Below, piece after piece: positions 14,493 through 27,450 of a stretch of 64,000 bases of DNA. The notes below the pieces were generated by a model. It was not told the DNA's origin, ran no database searches, and worked only from the letters and a program-made list of their open reading frames with translations. The position numbers were made by a program, and so were the translations under genes. The DNA is from the human T2T-CHM13v2.0 reference genome, Homo sapiens. The first letter of the stretch is position 1. Every line of letters starts with the position of its first letter. The stretch lies in the NCBI RefSeq assembly GCF_009914755.1, contig NC_060932.1. One strand, written 5' to 3'.

Positions 14493-15003
14493 TCAGGCTA
14501 TTGGCAGGGCCATCCTGTGTACCTGAGATGTGTTAAGAGTAGAGTGGAGTTTGCACAGCCCAGAAGGCTTGCAGAGTACAGCTGAGGGATCCTCTAGTCT
14601 TCACTGATCTGCATAAAATGGGCAGATGGTTCATAAATATTCCTGCAAACAAGTAGTACATTGAAAACAGTCATAATAACGCAAACCGCAAATGAAACCA
14701 AAGAAAGTGGAAGAGATGTGCTTCTCCAGGTCTCAGTGCATACTCTCTATCTTCCATATTGTGAGGAAAAACAGTAACAGTCAAAGCAGGTTTAACAAGA
14801 AGTTAGACAAATCACTTTAAAGTGACCTTATTTAGACTACAGTTAACAATAAATTCTACTCTTAGGTTATATTAAGACTGTGACCTTATCATAGTCTGAT
14901 GCTATTACTTAATCATATTCTCTAAATATGGAGCTATAATGATTAGCAAGGTGTGTTATGCTAGGTCTTTTTTTTTCCCCATAAAGATTCTTCATCTTTA
15001 GAG

Positions 15004-15227
15004 TAGGGATTGACAAGCTTTTTCTGTAAAAAAAGATAGATAGTAAAAATATTAAGCTTTTCAGCTCATGAGTTCTCTATTACCAGCATGTCAATTCTGC
15101 TGGGAAAAGCAGCTATAGACAATCCATTAATGAATGACTGTCACTAGGTTCCAATAAAACTTTATTTATAAAAGCAGGAAGGAAGCAGGCTGGATTTGAC
15201 CTGCAGGCTATAGTTTGCTGACCCTTG
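15004..15227. mobile_element. MER58A-like hAT-Charlie MITE
   Basis: Contains gttccaataaaactttattt and ggctggatttgacctgcaggctatagtttgctgaccc. 8-bp TSD-like flanks ctttagag/cattagag. Confidence 0.85.
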
Positions 15228-15269
15228 CATTAGAGACACATATAGAAATGCTTATAAAAATAATATGAT

Positions 15270-15591
<322 letters not shown>

Positions 15592-16011
15592 TTAGCATCA
15601 AAATGTGTTAGAAATGTTAGGGAGAGAGGGTAGAGATATAAATGAGAACAGATGGGCTATGTATTGATAATTGTTGAAGTAAGGTGATGGGTACATGATA
15701 GTATATTACATATTTCTGACTGTATGTGTTTAACTTTTCAATAGTAAAAATAAGCCTCCAGAACATTAGGGCAAACCTCTTATTTTTTTCTTCAAAATCT
15801 TTAAAATCATCTTTCAATTTAGTAAGTTGACCACCTTTCACTAAATTTGATGATAAATGTTTGGGAGCTTATTCGAGGTTTCTTTAAAACAAAAGATAAT
15901 TATCCACATACCACTGGAAGAAAAGTGTGTTTCTCTTTGCTTTGTAAAGGTGCCTGAAATAATATGTAGCCAACATTATAGCATTCAATTGAAATGTATT
16001 CCTTTGCTGAC

Positions 16012-16072
16012 AAATACTGTTGGACCATATATAGTAAATACTGTTGAACCATATATAGTAAATACTGTTGAA
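16012..16072. repeat. 24-bp tandem repeat, about 2.5 copies
   Basis: Unit aaatactgttg(g/a)accatatatagt. Confidence 0.9.
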
Positions 16073-16209
16073 GATTTGAAGGAACAGGTATTAGAACAAA
16101 CTAGTCATGGGAGGTTTGCCAAATGGTTAGGTTAAAGTGCAGATGTTCCAACATCTCAGAGCTTATGTGGTTTGTTAGATTATATTTCAGTTGTGAAGTA
16201 CATAAAGGT

Positions 16210-16750
16210 CTATTCCAGTAACTATTGTATGGGAAACCACCCCAAATTTAGTGGCATAAGACATCCATTTTATTATGCTCTTGGATCCCACTGGTCAGGA
16301 ATTCAGCAGAGTGCAATGGGGATGGCTTGTCTCCACTCCATGAACTCTGGGGCCTCAGTAGGGAAGAATTGAATGCCTGGAAGTGACCAGAATGGTTGGG
16401 GCTGGAATCAAATGCAAGTTTCTTCACTCATATATCTAATACCTTGGTGAAGGCTGGGCTCAGCTGGGATGGTTAATGGAGCCACCTACACATGGCCTTT
16501 TTGTATAGTTTAGCTTTTCATGGCATGGCAGCTGGGAGGAAGCATCCCAAAATGGAGCCTCTGGAGAATGCCTATTCCAAGACAAGTAGACAGAAGACAG
16601 AATTTTAAGATGCAGTCTTGGAAGTCACTTCTGCCATGCTATATAGATGGAAGCTATCATGAGGCGACCAGATTGAAAGGTTGGAGACATAGAACTCACC
16701 TCTAGTTGGAAATAATGTCAACATTTTTGGGACCATATATCACTGCCACA
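16210..16750 (-). mobile_element. MLT1 (G/H-like) ERVL-MaLR LTR
   Basis: aaaccaccccaaatttagtggcataa...ggtcaggaattcagc...ggggatggcttgtctc...ctgccaca. Confidence 0.8.
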
Positions 16751-17106
16751 GGGACTGATTTTTTTTTTTTTTTTTTGATGAGCCGTTAAGGGAAAGTTAA
16801 CCCAGAGATATATACCCACTGTAAGCAATAAATAAATTTTGCAAGTGTAATCACTGATTGAGTAGTCATTTTGATGGCGGAAAAAGAATTTTTCCAGGGT
16901 AAGTTTAATAAGAAACCACCCTACATGAAGTTTATCTATTTCTCCATCATATATGATTGAGCTCTTTAGACATTAAAAATCTTCAACCACATAGGCACAA
17001 AGAATAGCATGTTGTATTGATATAGCTAATTTCATAAAAGAACAAGACTGTTAAATTAGTCTAGAATCTTGACAATATTTTGTGCTGAGTTGGGAAGTGA
17101 CCATGA

Positions 17107-17412
<306 letters not shown>

Positions 17413-17517
17413 TGACCATGAATATTTTTTGAACCGCATAGATGTTCTCTGGCTGTCCTAGGCAAAAGAACCTAAAGAACTGTCAAACATCAAAATGAAT
17501 ACGTATTTTTTTTTCAG

Positions 17518-17562
17518 AAAGGAAAATTGTTCCAGGTTTGCTGACCTTTTCTGTGGTGGCAA
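17518..17562 (+). other. Candidate 45-nt exon
   Basis: Acceptor atttttttttcag and consensus donor CAA|gtgagt. Length divisible by 3; two frames open. Confidence 0.4.
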
Positions 17563-18349
17563 GTGAGTATCACTAGATTTCTAACTTGCAAAGATTTTGA
17601 AAAAAGAAAGACAAAACTACATCTGATGTTTCTCATCATCATAAAAATGAATGAAAACATAAATGATTCTAAAAAATAAACTTATAGAATGTTGAGAATA
17701 TTTAAAAGTTAGAGTTTGGAAGTGAGTGCATTAATTTATGATTTTTTTGTTCCAAATACTCTTTGTTTCCTATAAATTCCCATATTCCCTTAGAAAACTT
17801 AGAAACATAATATTATAAATGTACTTTAATGTTTTCCAAATAACAAAATTTTCAATGGTTTTCCAACTGTTTGTTAAAAATATAAATTTCAGTATCTTCT
17901 GATTTTTTTTTAGAACAACTTAGTGACATCAGTGAAGATGAAAATTTATTAAATGAAACTAACAAAAAAAACCTGAAAAACGTGGATGGAACTGAACAAT
18001 GATTAAATTACTTAATAAGTGCACCCAGAAATGTAGTTCTTTTGGTCTCATAGATTCCTTACAATGTCTTTTTCCACTCTAAAAGCCATTACAACCTAGT
18101 ACTATAGTGATAAACATAATTTAAAAACAGAGCCTTGAATTCCTTTATCACCAAGTAAACCAAAATAGTCAAAAGTACTATTGCATATTAAATCACATTT
18201 CTCTGGCTAGGGTTATTAATAACTAATGTTTCTGTGATCTCAAAACTTTTGTGCCCTATTTTAATAATGTCACACATTTAAAAAATATTTACTTCATATT
18301 TTGTCATTACTTAAAATTTTCTGTTTGGGATATATTTTACAATATAATA

Positions 18350-18530
18350 ATAATAGATGACTTATTTAGAACTTATTAGACTCTGGGCACTGTTCTAAAT
18401 ATATTGCTTATTAACTCTTTTAATGCTCATAACACCCCTATGAAAATGATACTGTTTATCTCTGCCTTAAGGATGAGGAATACAGTCAGAGAAAGAAGTA
18501 TCTTATGCAGGGTCCCTACATAGATAAGAA
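18350..18530 (-). mobile_element. MIR SINE
   Basis: ctgggcactgttctaa...tttaatgctcataacacccctatga...gatgaggaa. Confidence 0.75.
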
Positions 18531-18682
18531 GACATTACTGAATGTATTTTCTAAATAAATCTACATTTATTGGGGATCCAATAAAAATTATAACTGAACA
18601 AATTATTCAGTGACCAAAGTTTGGCTATCACTAACCTGGAGGATGAACCACGAATTCATGAAACAGTATGTGGGTGGGTAAC

Positions 18683-18897
18683 CATAGTTTACATTAATCT
18701 ATTGCCTATTACAAAATAACTAGAAGAGAATATTTAAATGTTTCTGGCATAAAGAAAACACATATTTAAGGTGATGGATATCCCAGTTACACTGATTTGA
18801 TCTTTACAAATTATATGAATGTAGTAAATTATCACATGTAACCTGAAAATTGGTACATTTATTATGTACCAATAAAAATGACAAAACAAAACAAAAA
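18683..18897 (+). mobile_element. L1MA 3' end fragment
   Basis: aaataactagaagagaa...tttaaggtgatggatatcccagttacactgatttgatctttaca...aattatcacatgta...aataaaaa. Confidence 0.85.
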
Positions 18898-20889
18898 ATG
18901 ATATCTGGACTATTCTCAGCCTAGCCCTAGTCCACAGTCATCCCATTTGCCAAGCGTGCTCTAGTCAGACCCCAGGTGGCCCTGAACACCCATCTTCCTT
19001 CCTGTCTCTCTGTCTGGGGTGTGCACTCTCCTCTTCTTATATTAGCCTTTCTAGTCTTACCTGTCTTGCTTACTCATTCTTTGAGATCCAGTTCAAATGC
19101 TCGCTTCTTCATGCTGCCCTCCTTGACTTACATCTGCAGAATTCGCAGCTCCCACGGTCACCATTTCCACTTGCTTTATGATAGTGTCAATGTTTTCCTG
19201 TATTTGTTGATTAGTTTTTTTAAGTTTTCTCGTTTATCTTTCCCAGTAATACATAAGCTTGCAAAGGCCATTAACCATATTGGGTTCAACTTATTTAAAA
19301 AAAATTTCTTCTGTTTGGCACAATGCCAGACATATTCTCTTCCAGTTTCTCCTACTGCTGTGCTGATATTCAGCCTCCCATCGCCGGTTTGGGTATGAGA
19401 TGCTGTCATCAGTACTTTAGTAGTCTATTTCATTTCATCTGAACAATGACCCAGTGAAGCAGGTCCTTTAGGAGACTATGTTTACAGGGATTAAGCAGTG
19501 AGTCCAAGGTCACACAGATGGGTGTGGAGATTCAAACTCAGGTCAGTGACTCTGAAGGGCATGTCCATATCCATTCTGCTACATAAAATCCTGTGTTCAG
19601 TACAGCTTTGATGGCATCCCCCAGCCACTAAAGTATGAGAGATCTTTAGTGGCACAGAGTAGGGTTTTACTGTTTGGAGTAGGATGGGAGAAGGTATTTA
19701 TTCTACTGCTTCCTTTTGAATGTATCTCTTGTGTATATCAGAAGATAATTGAGAGGGAAGGACAAGAAATGAAACTGAGGCAACCAGAGAGATGAACTTT
19801 TCTTTCCACCAGCCATGAAATTTAGCTCAGTGTCGAGCCATAAGAAATTCTCCCAATTTTCCTCCTGTACTGTTTGTGTTTCATTTTTAAACGGTCACCT
19901 AGTGGATGCTTGAGTGTGGCCAGGTAAACTCATTATGTGGTAAGCAGTCGATTTCTTGGGCTTTCGATAGAAGATTGCATGTGGTTATAGCTGTTTGTAG
20001 AGTTTGGTGCAAGATATTGCTGCACCTACTACACTCATGTAGCTGATTTAATTCAACCAATGTCCATCTACTTTTCAGTGGAATCATTCTCTCCCGATTG
20101 TCTCAGGAGACGAGCTTTATGATAAACCATTTTCTGACTCTGATTATATTGAGTTAATTTTTAACCCTAGTTACCCAGCTTCTGCCTTTTTCTTTTGAAT
20201 AGTCTTAATAAACAATAATGATAATACAATAGGCTTTCTTAATTAGTGATTATGACAAATTGATAGACTGTATGTGTCATTATCGTTATAGTCATGTTTG
20301 GTGCAGTTTAGTATATTCTTCAAATTAAAACTAAAATCTTGTGTCCTGTCAGATCTTAAATGATAAAATCTAAGACACAGCATCACTGCTCATTTATATT
20401 TTTATGAACCTTTTGGCTTTGTACAAGTGTCTAGCAGATACCTGCATCATGGCCGTTTAAAACAGTGGCTCATAACATACAGTAAATTTATAGGCAGTCA
20501 TTTCTTCCAGTTGCCAACTTATGTCACTGTACTTGTGGCTGCAATAAAAAAAAATCACTATTTATTTCTTTAACTTTTAACATTGAAATGTGCCCTTATG
20601 GTATATATATATATTATGGATATATTACTATGTTACTGGGGTAGGTCTCCTGCCATTTCTCATCAGCAGAGCACATCTATTCGGGTGAGCTACATTTTTA
20701 AAATATATACATGTCACAGTAATCATAACTGATATTTTAAGAGAGATTAATGAATTCTGTCCTATGGCTACATTGCAGGAAAATAAGCATCCTTAACAGG
20801 AATGCAAAAAATTTGATTTTGGAGATTTTTGTCATTCAACAAATATATTTGTATATATAAATTAAAATATATTTAAATATAAATCTAAA

Positions 20890-21412
20890 AAAGTATACCT
20901 GTATAAATATAGGTATACCTATATGTATAGGTATACATATGTATACATATATGTGTGTATGTATATGTATACACACATGCACGTGTGTATGTATATGCAT
21001 ACACACGTGCACGTGTGTATGTATATGTATACACACGTGCATGTGTGTATGTATATGTACACACATGCACGTGTGTATGTATATGTATACACACACATAT
21101 GTGTGTGTATGTATATGTATACACACATATGTGTGTAGGTATACCTATATTTATACAGGTACCTATATTTAGGTCTACATATGTATACATATATGTATAC
21201 AGGTATATATTTTATATATGTATACATATGTATACCTATATTTATACAGGCATACATATATATTTATATTATACATGTATTATATATTATATTACATGTA
21301 ACATATATTATGTATACCATATGTATACCTATATTTATACATGTATACATATATATGTATACATGTATACATATATATGTATACATGTATACATGTATAC
21401 ATATATTTACAT
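20890..21412. repeat. (TA/TG/CA)-rich low-complexity array with a ~30-bp minisatellite core
   Basis: About 6 copies of gtgtgtatgtatatgtatacacac(a/g)tgcac at 20953-21135, embedded in tatacatat-type repeats. Source of seven spurious ORFs. Confidence 0.95.
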
Positions 21413-21934
21413 AGGCACTCTATCTGTATAAGTGCCTATAATTTGCTGGCCGTTGCTATAGGCAGGGGATAAGACAGACAAAGTTTTTCCCCTCATGGAG
21501 CTTCCATTTGAGTAGATATGTTTGAAATAAATTGCAGCCCTGAGGTTATCTTTTGAGAAGCCTTCATGTCACCGCTGTAGATAAGAATATCATGGCAAAC
21601 ACAGTATGGATGGGAGCTCTTTTTAGCTGCACGTGCTGTAGAGCCTTGGTTAGGTGTAACATATGGTCATTCTACCCACCACTAAAATAAAACTCCGGGA
21701 GAACACAGCAGCTGTGGAATGGAATTAATGCTAGGCTGTTTTTGAAACTGTGGGATTTTCATGAAAAGAAAAAAAATAAAACATGAGGTTGAATTGCTGA
21801 GTGTTTATGGAGCCCCAAACAAAACTGAAAAATGATGTTTAAAAAGTAACTATTACTTGAAGTATATTTTCAGTTGACTAGCTGGAGAATGTAATGATTT
21901 CTTCCTTTTTTAGAATTTTCCGTTTTAAATGACC

Positions 21935-22300
21935 GTCCTTGGTTGGGTTCCCCTGGGATGTGGGCTCTGAGTGCAGACCAGCTTGCGGGAAGTTCACTGG
22001 TCACACCCTGGGCATCAGCTCTGAGGGGAAGAGAAGACTCAGGGCTAGTAGAGGGAGAACTTCAAGGTCAATATCCTTGCAGCAGAGGCCACAGTGGATT
22101 CCACGGGGAGCTCTGGAACTACAGTGGCTCTTTAGAGTGTTCCAAACTCAGGCAAGTGCCCGGGACTTGAACACTGCTCTGCCCTGCTTTCATCCCCAAT
22201 GTCACCTAACATGGCCTGCCCCTGGGGAGAGGGTGACTTAGAGTGAGCCAACCCTTTACAGCCCAGGACTGCTTTCTACACTGTGCACCAGCTGCCGCAG
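21935..22300 (-). mobile_element. LTR16-type ERVL LTR
   Basis: gtccttggttgggttccc...gagggagaa...ccacggggagctctgga...cccctggggagagggtgact. Family recalled from consensus. Confidence 0.7.
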
Positions 22301-22379
22301 TGCTCCTTAGTGGACTCAGGGGTGCTGTAGGACTCAGTAGGAGCTACTAGCTCAAAACAGTTCGCCACTTCTACATAAG

Positions 22380-22645
22380 ATTGCAGTTTTCCTTCCAAAA
22401 CCAGGTTTTCAGTAGTCACTGTGATTAAAAAGCAAGTAACATGTGAAACTCAAAGTAAAATAGAAAACAAGGGTGGTGATGTCCAGTCTTCCAGAGTTTG
22501 AAAAGTTGTGTAGTGCCTAGTGGGACTTGAATACTTATTAAGCTGTTTGAGCTACTTATTAAACAGTACATTAGGTATCACTTTTAATTTAAGGAATGCC
22601 AGGAGAGGCTCCAAAGACTGATATAATTTGAGGAACTCTGGTCTA
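22380..22645. mobile_element. hAT-Charlie DNA transposon fragment
   Basis: Charlie-like 3' text (agggtggtgatgtccagtc..ccagagtttgaaaagttgtg) and a terminal-like tttgaggaactctg. Confidence 0.55.
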
Positions 22646-24081
22646 AGCAATTGCTCTAAGCAAATTGTGGGTGAGGAGGGCTCATGAATGGGGAGGACAA
22701 CTGAAAGTTGTCAGCCACCAATACTCCCAGTAGGCAGGAGAATGAGTGCTTTTGTCTTAAAGACGGAATCTGGACTTAACTGACAGCATTCATTCATTTG
22801 GCTAAATATGGAGTATCTCAATAATCTTTTCAGATACAAGTTTTTGGAGTCCCCAGACACAACACCAAATAAAACAGCACTTCCCGAATTAATCAACTAG
22901 AGTCAATTAAAACGATTATAAGAGTTTGGTAATGCATGTATCTTATCGTTCTGTTGCTACACAACATGTTAACACACACATAAATAACTGTGAAGAAATA
23001 GATAGGTGTTTCAAGATGGAGTCAGTAGGCGTAATTTAAGTACTGAAGGTCCTTGCCCCAACTTTTCATTTTGAACTGCCACAGTGGATATTATTAGGAT
23101 GAAAAAGCTTACAGCAAGGCCTCTTTCAGACTTAAGGAATAAAAACTTCCCTCTGTGTAAGTCAATCTGAATTGTGGTGGGAAACACAGTGTTAAAGAGT
23201 TTTCTTTATGTTTAGAAAGCTCCCCAAAAGGTGGATTTCAGAAGTATTTTTCCCCAAGGAAATTAGGGAAAATTAATAGCTGAAACTCAGGAAAAAGATA
23301 CTCATTTTAATTTCAGTGTTTTAGTCTCATATCATAACCACTCTAGGATGGTAATATTTGAAAATTCTTGCCACTTGACCGATGGGTGTTTTTTGGCTTG
23401 CATAAAATCGGTTGCTTTTCCAGTAAGCTTGGGTCAGAAAACTCTTACTAAGTGTCCACAAAGCCTGGAAAAGTTTGTTAACTATAAATTTAACATCCTC
23501 CTTCATAAATTTTATTTATAAGCCTGGGAGAAATACAGGCTTAACAACCCAAAGCATTTCATTTTCTCATAGGCTTCCCAGTATCATTTTTATGCCTTTT
23601 ATGGAGTTTTTATATTAATGTCAATTTATCATGGTTTTTTTTTTTTAAACTTTCTCAGTAATGAGGATTCATTTGTCTACCTCAACTGACTGAGCATAAT
23701 TATGGTCTGAATGGAGCTCATTTTAACCTTTAAGAATCTCAAATCTTGTCTTTGTAAAGTTCAAAAGAGCTTGCTGGTACCAGGTGGCATTTAGAGAGTA
23801 AAATCTTTTCTTAGTCATCAGAATATATAAGTTCCTCCTACTATGGTGTAAAGGCGAGTTTTTAAAGACACCACAGTGCAAAAGGACTGCCAGGGTGAAA
23901 AGCCGAGAGTGAAATGGTTTCTTCAGATGATTTAGCAAATCTCTAGAGAAGGATTTGTCTTAAGAACTCATTGCTTAAGTTCAGCATAGCGGCACTCGTG
24001 TTCTAAGAGACTAAACTGCCTCAAAAGGGAGAGAAAATAATTGTCTAGCCAGATTGTATTTGTAACCTGTTTATCCAGCAG

Positions 24082-24309
24082 ATATTGGATGAAGTTCAGC
24101 ACCTCTGGTGTGTGGCCTGTGAGTGTGGTTGTGAGTGTGCACATGTGTCCAGCCTAGAAGACGACGGCCTGTGGATTGATGACAAGCGTTTATATCAGCC
24201 TGAAGAGAACCTCCAAATCTCATTGCTGTGTGATATGCCACGTTTTGTCCTTTGGTGGCAGACTTGGATAACAACATCAATTCATCATTTTATTTGTCTC
24301 CTAACACAG
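24082..24309 (+). other. Candidate exon (228 nt, or 231 nt via a NAGNAG acceptor), stop-free in phase 0
   Basis: Acceptor ctgtttatccagcag and donor CAG|gtgggc, in non-repetitive sequence. 76 open codons ILDEVQHLW...CLLTQ with no recognised protein match. Confidence 0.35.
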
Positions 24310-24480
24310 GTGGGCTGACCTGCAGCTTTATGATGTAAAAGTTTGTGTTTGTATTTGAAATATTGAAAATGTATTTGAATCATAGTCAACCACAACCCAA
24401 GAACATTTTTGTTGGCAAAATGATTTAATATATGCATAAAATATTTAAAAATTTTATCAATTCTAAAAAATATATTTTTC

Positions 24481-24849
<369 letters not shown>

Positions 24850-25269
24850 CTACCTATTTTGACCACATTTCACTCCCACCTATTTCCTATCTTTCCTACT
24901 ACCCTTCCTCCCAAAGACCTTGGGTAGAAGAAATCTAATATTTTGAATCAAAATTTCATAACAGATGTCACCATCTGTTATAAATAAATTAATGTGTCCT
25001 AATGTCAGGTAAAGAGTGTTGAAAAAAAATTCCATAAATATAAATCAGTATCATTGTGACAAGTCAATGTGGCAAAATGTGTCTTTCATACAGAAGAACA
25101 TGACCTGGTTTTCTTTTCTCTGGGGCAATATCGGTGAAATCTTTTATTCATTTTCTTAGTTATTTTTGTTTTGTTTGTGCACATTTCAGCTCCATGAAGT
25201 TATGCTTATTTTAATTGTTTTCATTATTTGTGGAAGCCCGGTTGTATTTTGACAAGCATGGCTTGCCAT

Positions 25270-25412
25270 CTGGCATACGTAGAATCTAATCTTGTCTTCA
25301 CCATTTACTCTCTGTGTGACCTGGAGGAAATCACTGTGGCAGTTTCCTCATCTGTAAAATGGGCATAGTCAAGTTTATCTCCTGGGGCTTGAAGTAACAT
25401 ATGTAAAGTGCC
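25270..25412 (+). mobile_element. MIR SINE
   Basis: ctgtgtgacctgg...cagtttcctcatctgtaaaatggg. Confidence 0.8.
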
Positions 25413-26325
25413 ATTGATTTGCCTTTAACTTCAGTTTTGTTTGTGTGCCTTAACTTTTATACACCTATATTGTAAGTAGTTTTTATTTATAATTACATTT
25501 TTTTTCTCATCACACCAAGACCTTCTGGAAACAAAATAGTTTAACATTTCTAAGGGATTAGGGATGTATGGCCAGATAAATGGGATATGTCCATGTACTG
25601 AGTCCATTGTTTGGAAGATGGGGTGGGTAGAGATAGAAGATTTCCTTGTGGTTTAATATAGGATCAATTTTTTGTTAATGATTCATGGAAATTGAAGATA
25701 CAACGTGTTTTTTTATTGGCAGGTTGTGAAGATTTCAGTGTACATCTATTTAATCACTCTTCTTAATAAATTTTTGAAATCCTCAGAATAAATTGTCAGT
25801 AAAGAGGTTTACACTGATTTGTCCCATAATAACATGATAACAGCAGTAAGCTTGCCCTCTGAGTGTTAAATTGAATATTGACATATAATAGATCAAAGTT
25901 TATATATGTGGAAGTTGTTTTTTTTCTCCCCCCTAACATCAGAATTGCTTCTGGGTCAGCAAGAGTTGACTGGAAGTTAATTGGTTGAATTAGCACAGCT
26001 AATAAATAACCCATCAGAGTGTCAGACTCAGATGCGTAGACAACGGATGTCAAGGAGTCCCATGTGATCGGTGCCAGCACTTTCCAACATAGGCTGAGCA
26101 TTTGTCAGTGTACTTCAGGCACTTTCAAGTCATCAGCATGGCTGTACATATTTTGAGATAGTTGCATGTAGCTACCTTAAGCTGATATCATTAAAGTTTT
26201 GATTTGTCCATCTCTTTTCACTTGTTTTGATTCCACATTCACTAAGCAATTTTCTGAGTTATGATATAATCTCCCATGTAGGTCTGTATGCAAGAAGAAA
26301 TCAGGGGAATTTTTGCATGATATAG

Positions 26326-26875
26326 TGTGGCAGACCAGGTCTCACTAGCCTCCATAGCAACTGTTTCAGTACTGACTGAGTGGTTAGATGAAATATTAAA
26401 AGCCAGTGCTCTTATACAGAGGCTGTAATGTAACAAAAGCCCACAGAGTTTTGCCTAGTCCAATCCTGAACCTTAAGGCATGATTAAACAAGTTTACTTG
26501 GAGGTTTACTAAATCAAACCTTTATGATTTAGCAGGAGACAAAATAAGGTTTATCACCCTAGCACCTGGACCCATTTGGATTAAGTAAACTTACTGAGGC
26601 TCCAGAAGAAGGTCTTCAGGACTCAGAACTTATAGATTAAAAGAAGTTAATCACTAATGTCTTTAGATGAATGCACACTTACACATAGACATATAGCTTA
26701 GAAGTTATATAAGCTCTGGAAAACTTTGTAATTTTGAGTTGGTCTGGCGATAATTTCCAGGCCTTCCCCCGTAACCGGTTACAGAAATAAAAACTCTTTT
26801 CCTCTCCAGTTCATCTGCATCTCATTATTGGGACATGAGAAATAGCAGCCCAACCCCCAGTTTGATCTGGGAACA
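26326..26875 (+). mobile_element. ERV1 solo LTR (best recollection: PABL_A/B family)
   Basis: TG...CA termini (tgtggcagaccaggtctcacta ... gatctgggaaca), TATA-like tatataag near 26706, AATAAA near 26786. No clean TSD; family name from memory. Confidence 0.75.
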
Positions 26876-26989
26876 ACTGTGCTTGGGACAGTTATCTATT
26901 GCTGTAAATTAATAAATTAGCATTGAAACTATTGCTGTGTCTGCTGGCAGGAATATATCCTTAGGGCAGTTTCTTAAAGGCTAGTACAT

Positions 26990-27450
26990 GGATTGTGCAT
27001 TTTTGGAGCATTTTCTCAATTGTGGAGAGTTTTTGATTACATTTCTTTGATAATTCTTTTTCTGTGTCCTCTCTGTTGTCTGATTGGTGCTCCTATAATG
27101 CATATTGAATGTCCTGTACCTGCCTTCATTGTCATTTAGCTTTTCTTTTTTAATCTTCATCTCTTTATTCTTACCCCTGAGTCTTGGATGACTTTTCTCA
27201 AGCTTTTACTTTACTGATTTGATTTTTTTCCAGAATCCTGACTGCCGCTCACGGCCCTCATTGTTGTCTCTCATTATGTGAGCTGGGCTTTCTATTTTTC
27301 CTGCTCTTGACTGTTTCTTTTCATGACCTTCTACTCTCATGTCAGAGATTCAGTGTGCTATTGAGTTCTGCTAAAATAATAAATTTAAAATAAGTACTTC
27401 CATCTCTTGTTGTCTTTCTTGGGAAGATGGTCACTTTGCTTCTTCAAAAT
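26990..27450 (-). mobile_element. Ancient L1M (ORF1-region) fragment
   Basis: T-rich degenerate antisense L1 text (catttctttgataatt...ctcctataatgcatattgaatgtcctg). Confidence 0.55.

Noticed and set aside
20836-21431. Cys/His/Tyr-rich ORFs, and a superficially CRISPR-like palindromic ~30-bp repeat
   Set aside because: Simple-repeat translations. The units are directly adjacent with no unique spacers, there are no cas genes, and the DNA is eukaryotic.
24082-24105. ILDEVQHL resembling a Walker B/DExH helicase motif
   Set aside because: The flanking residues show no ATPase or helicase context. An 8-residue resemblance is not significant.
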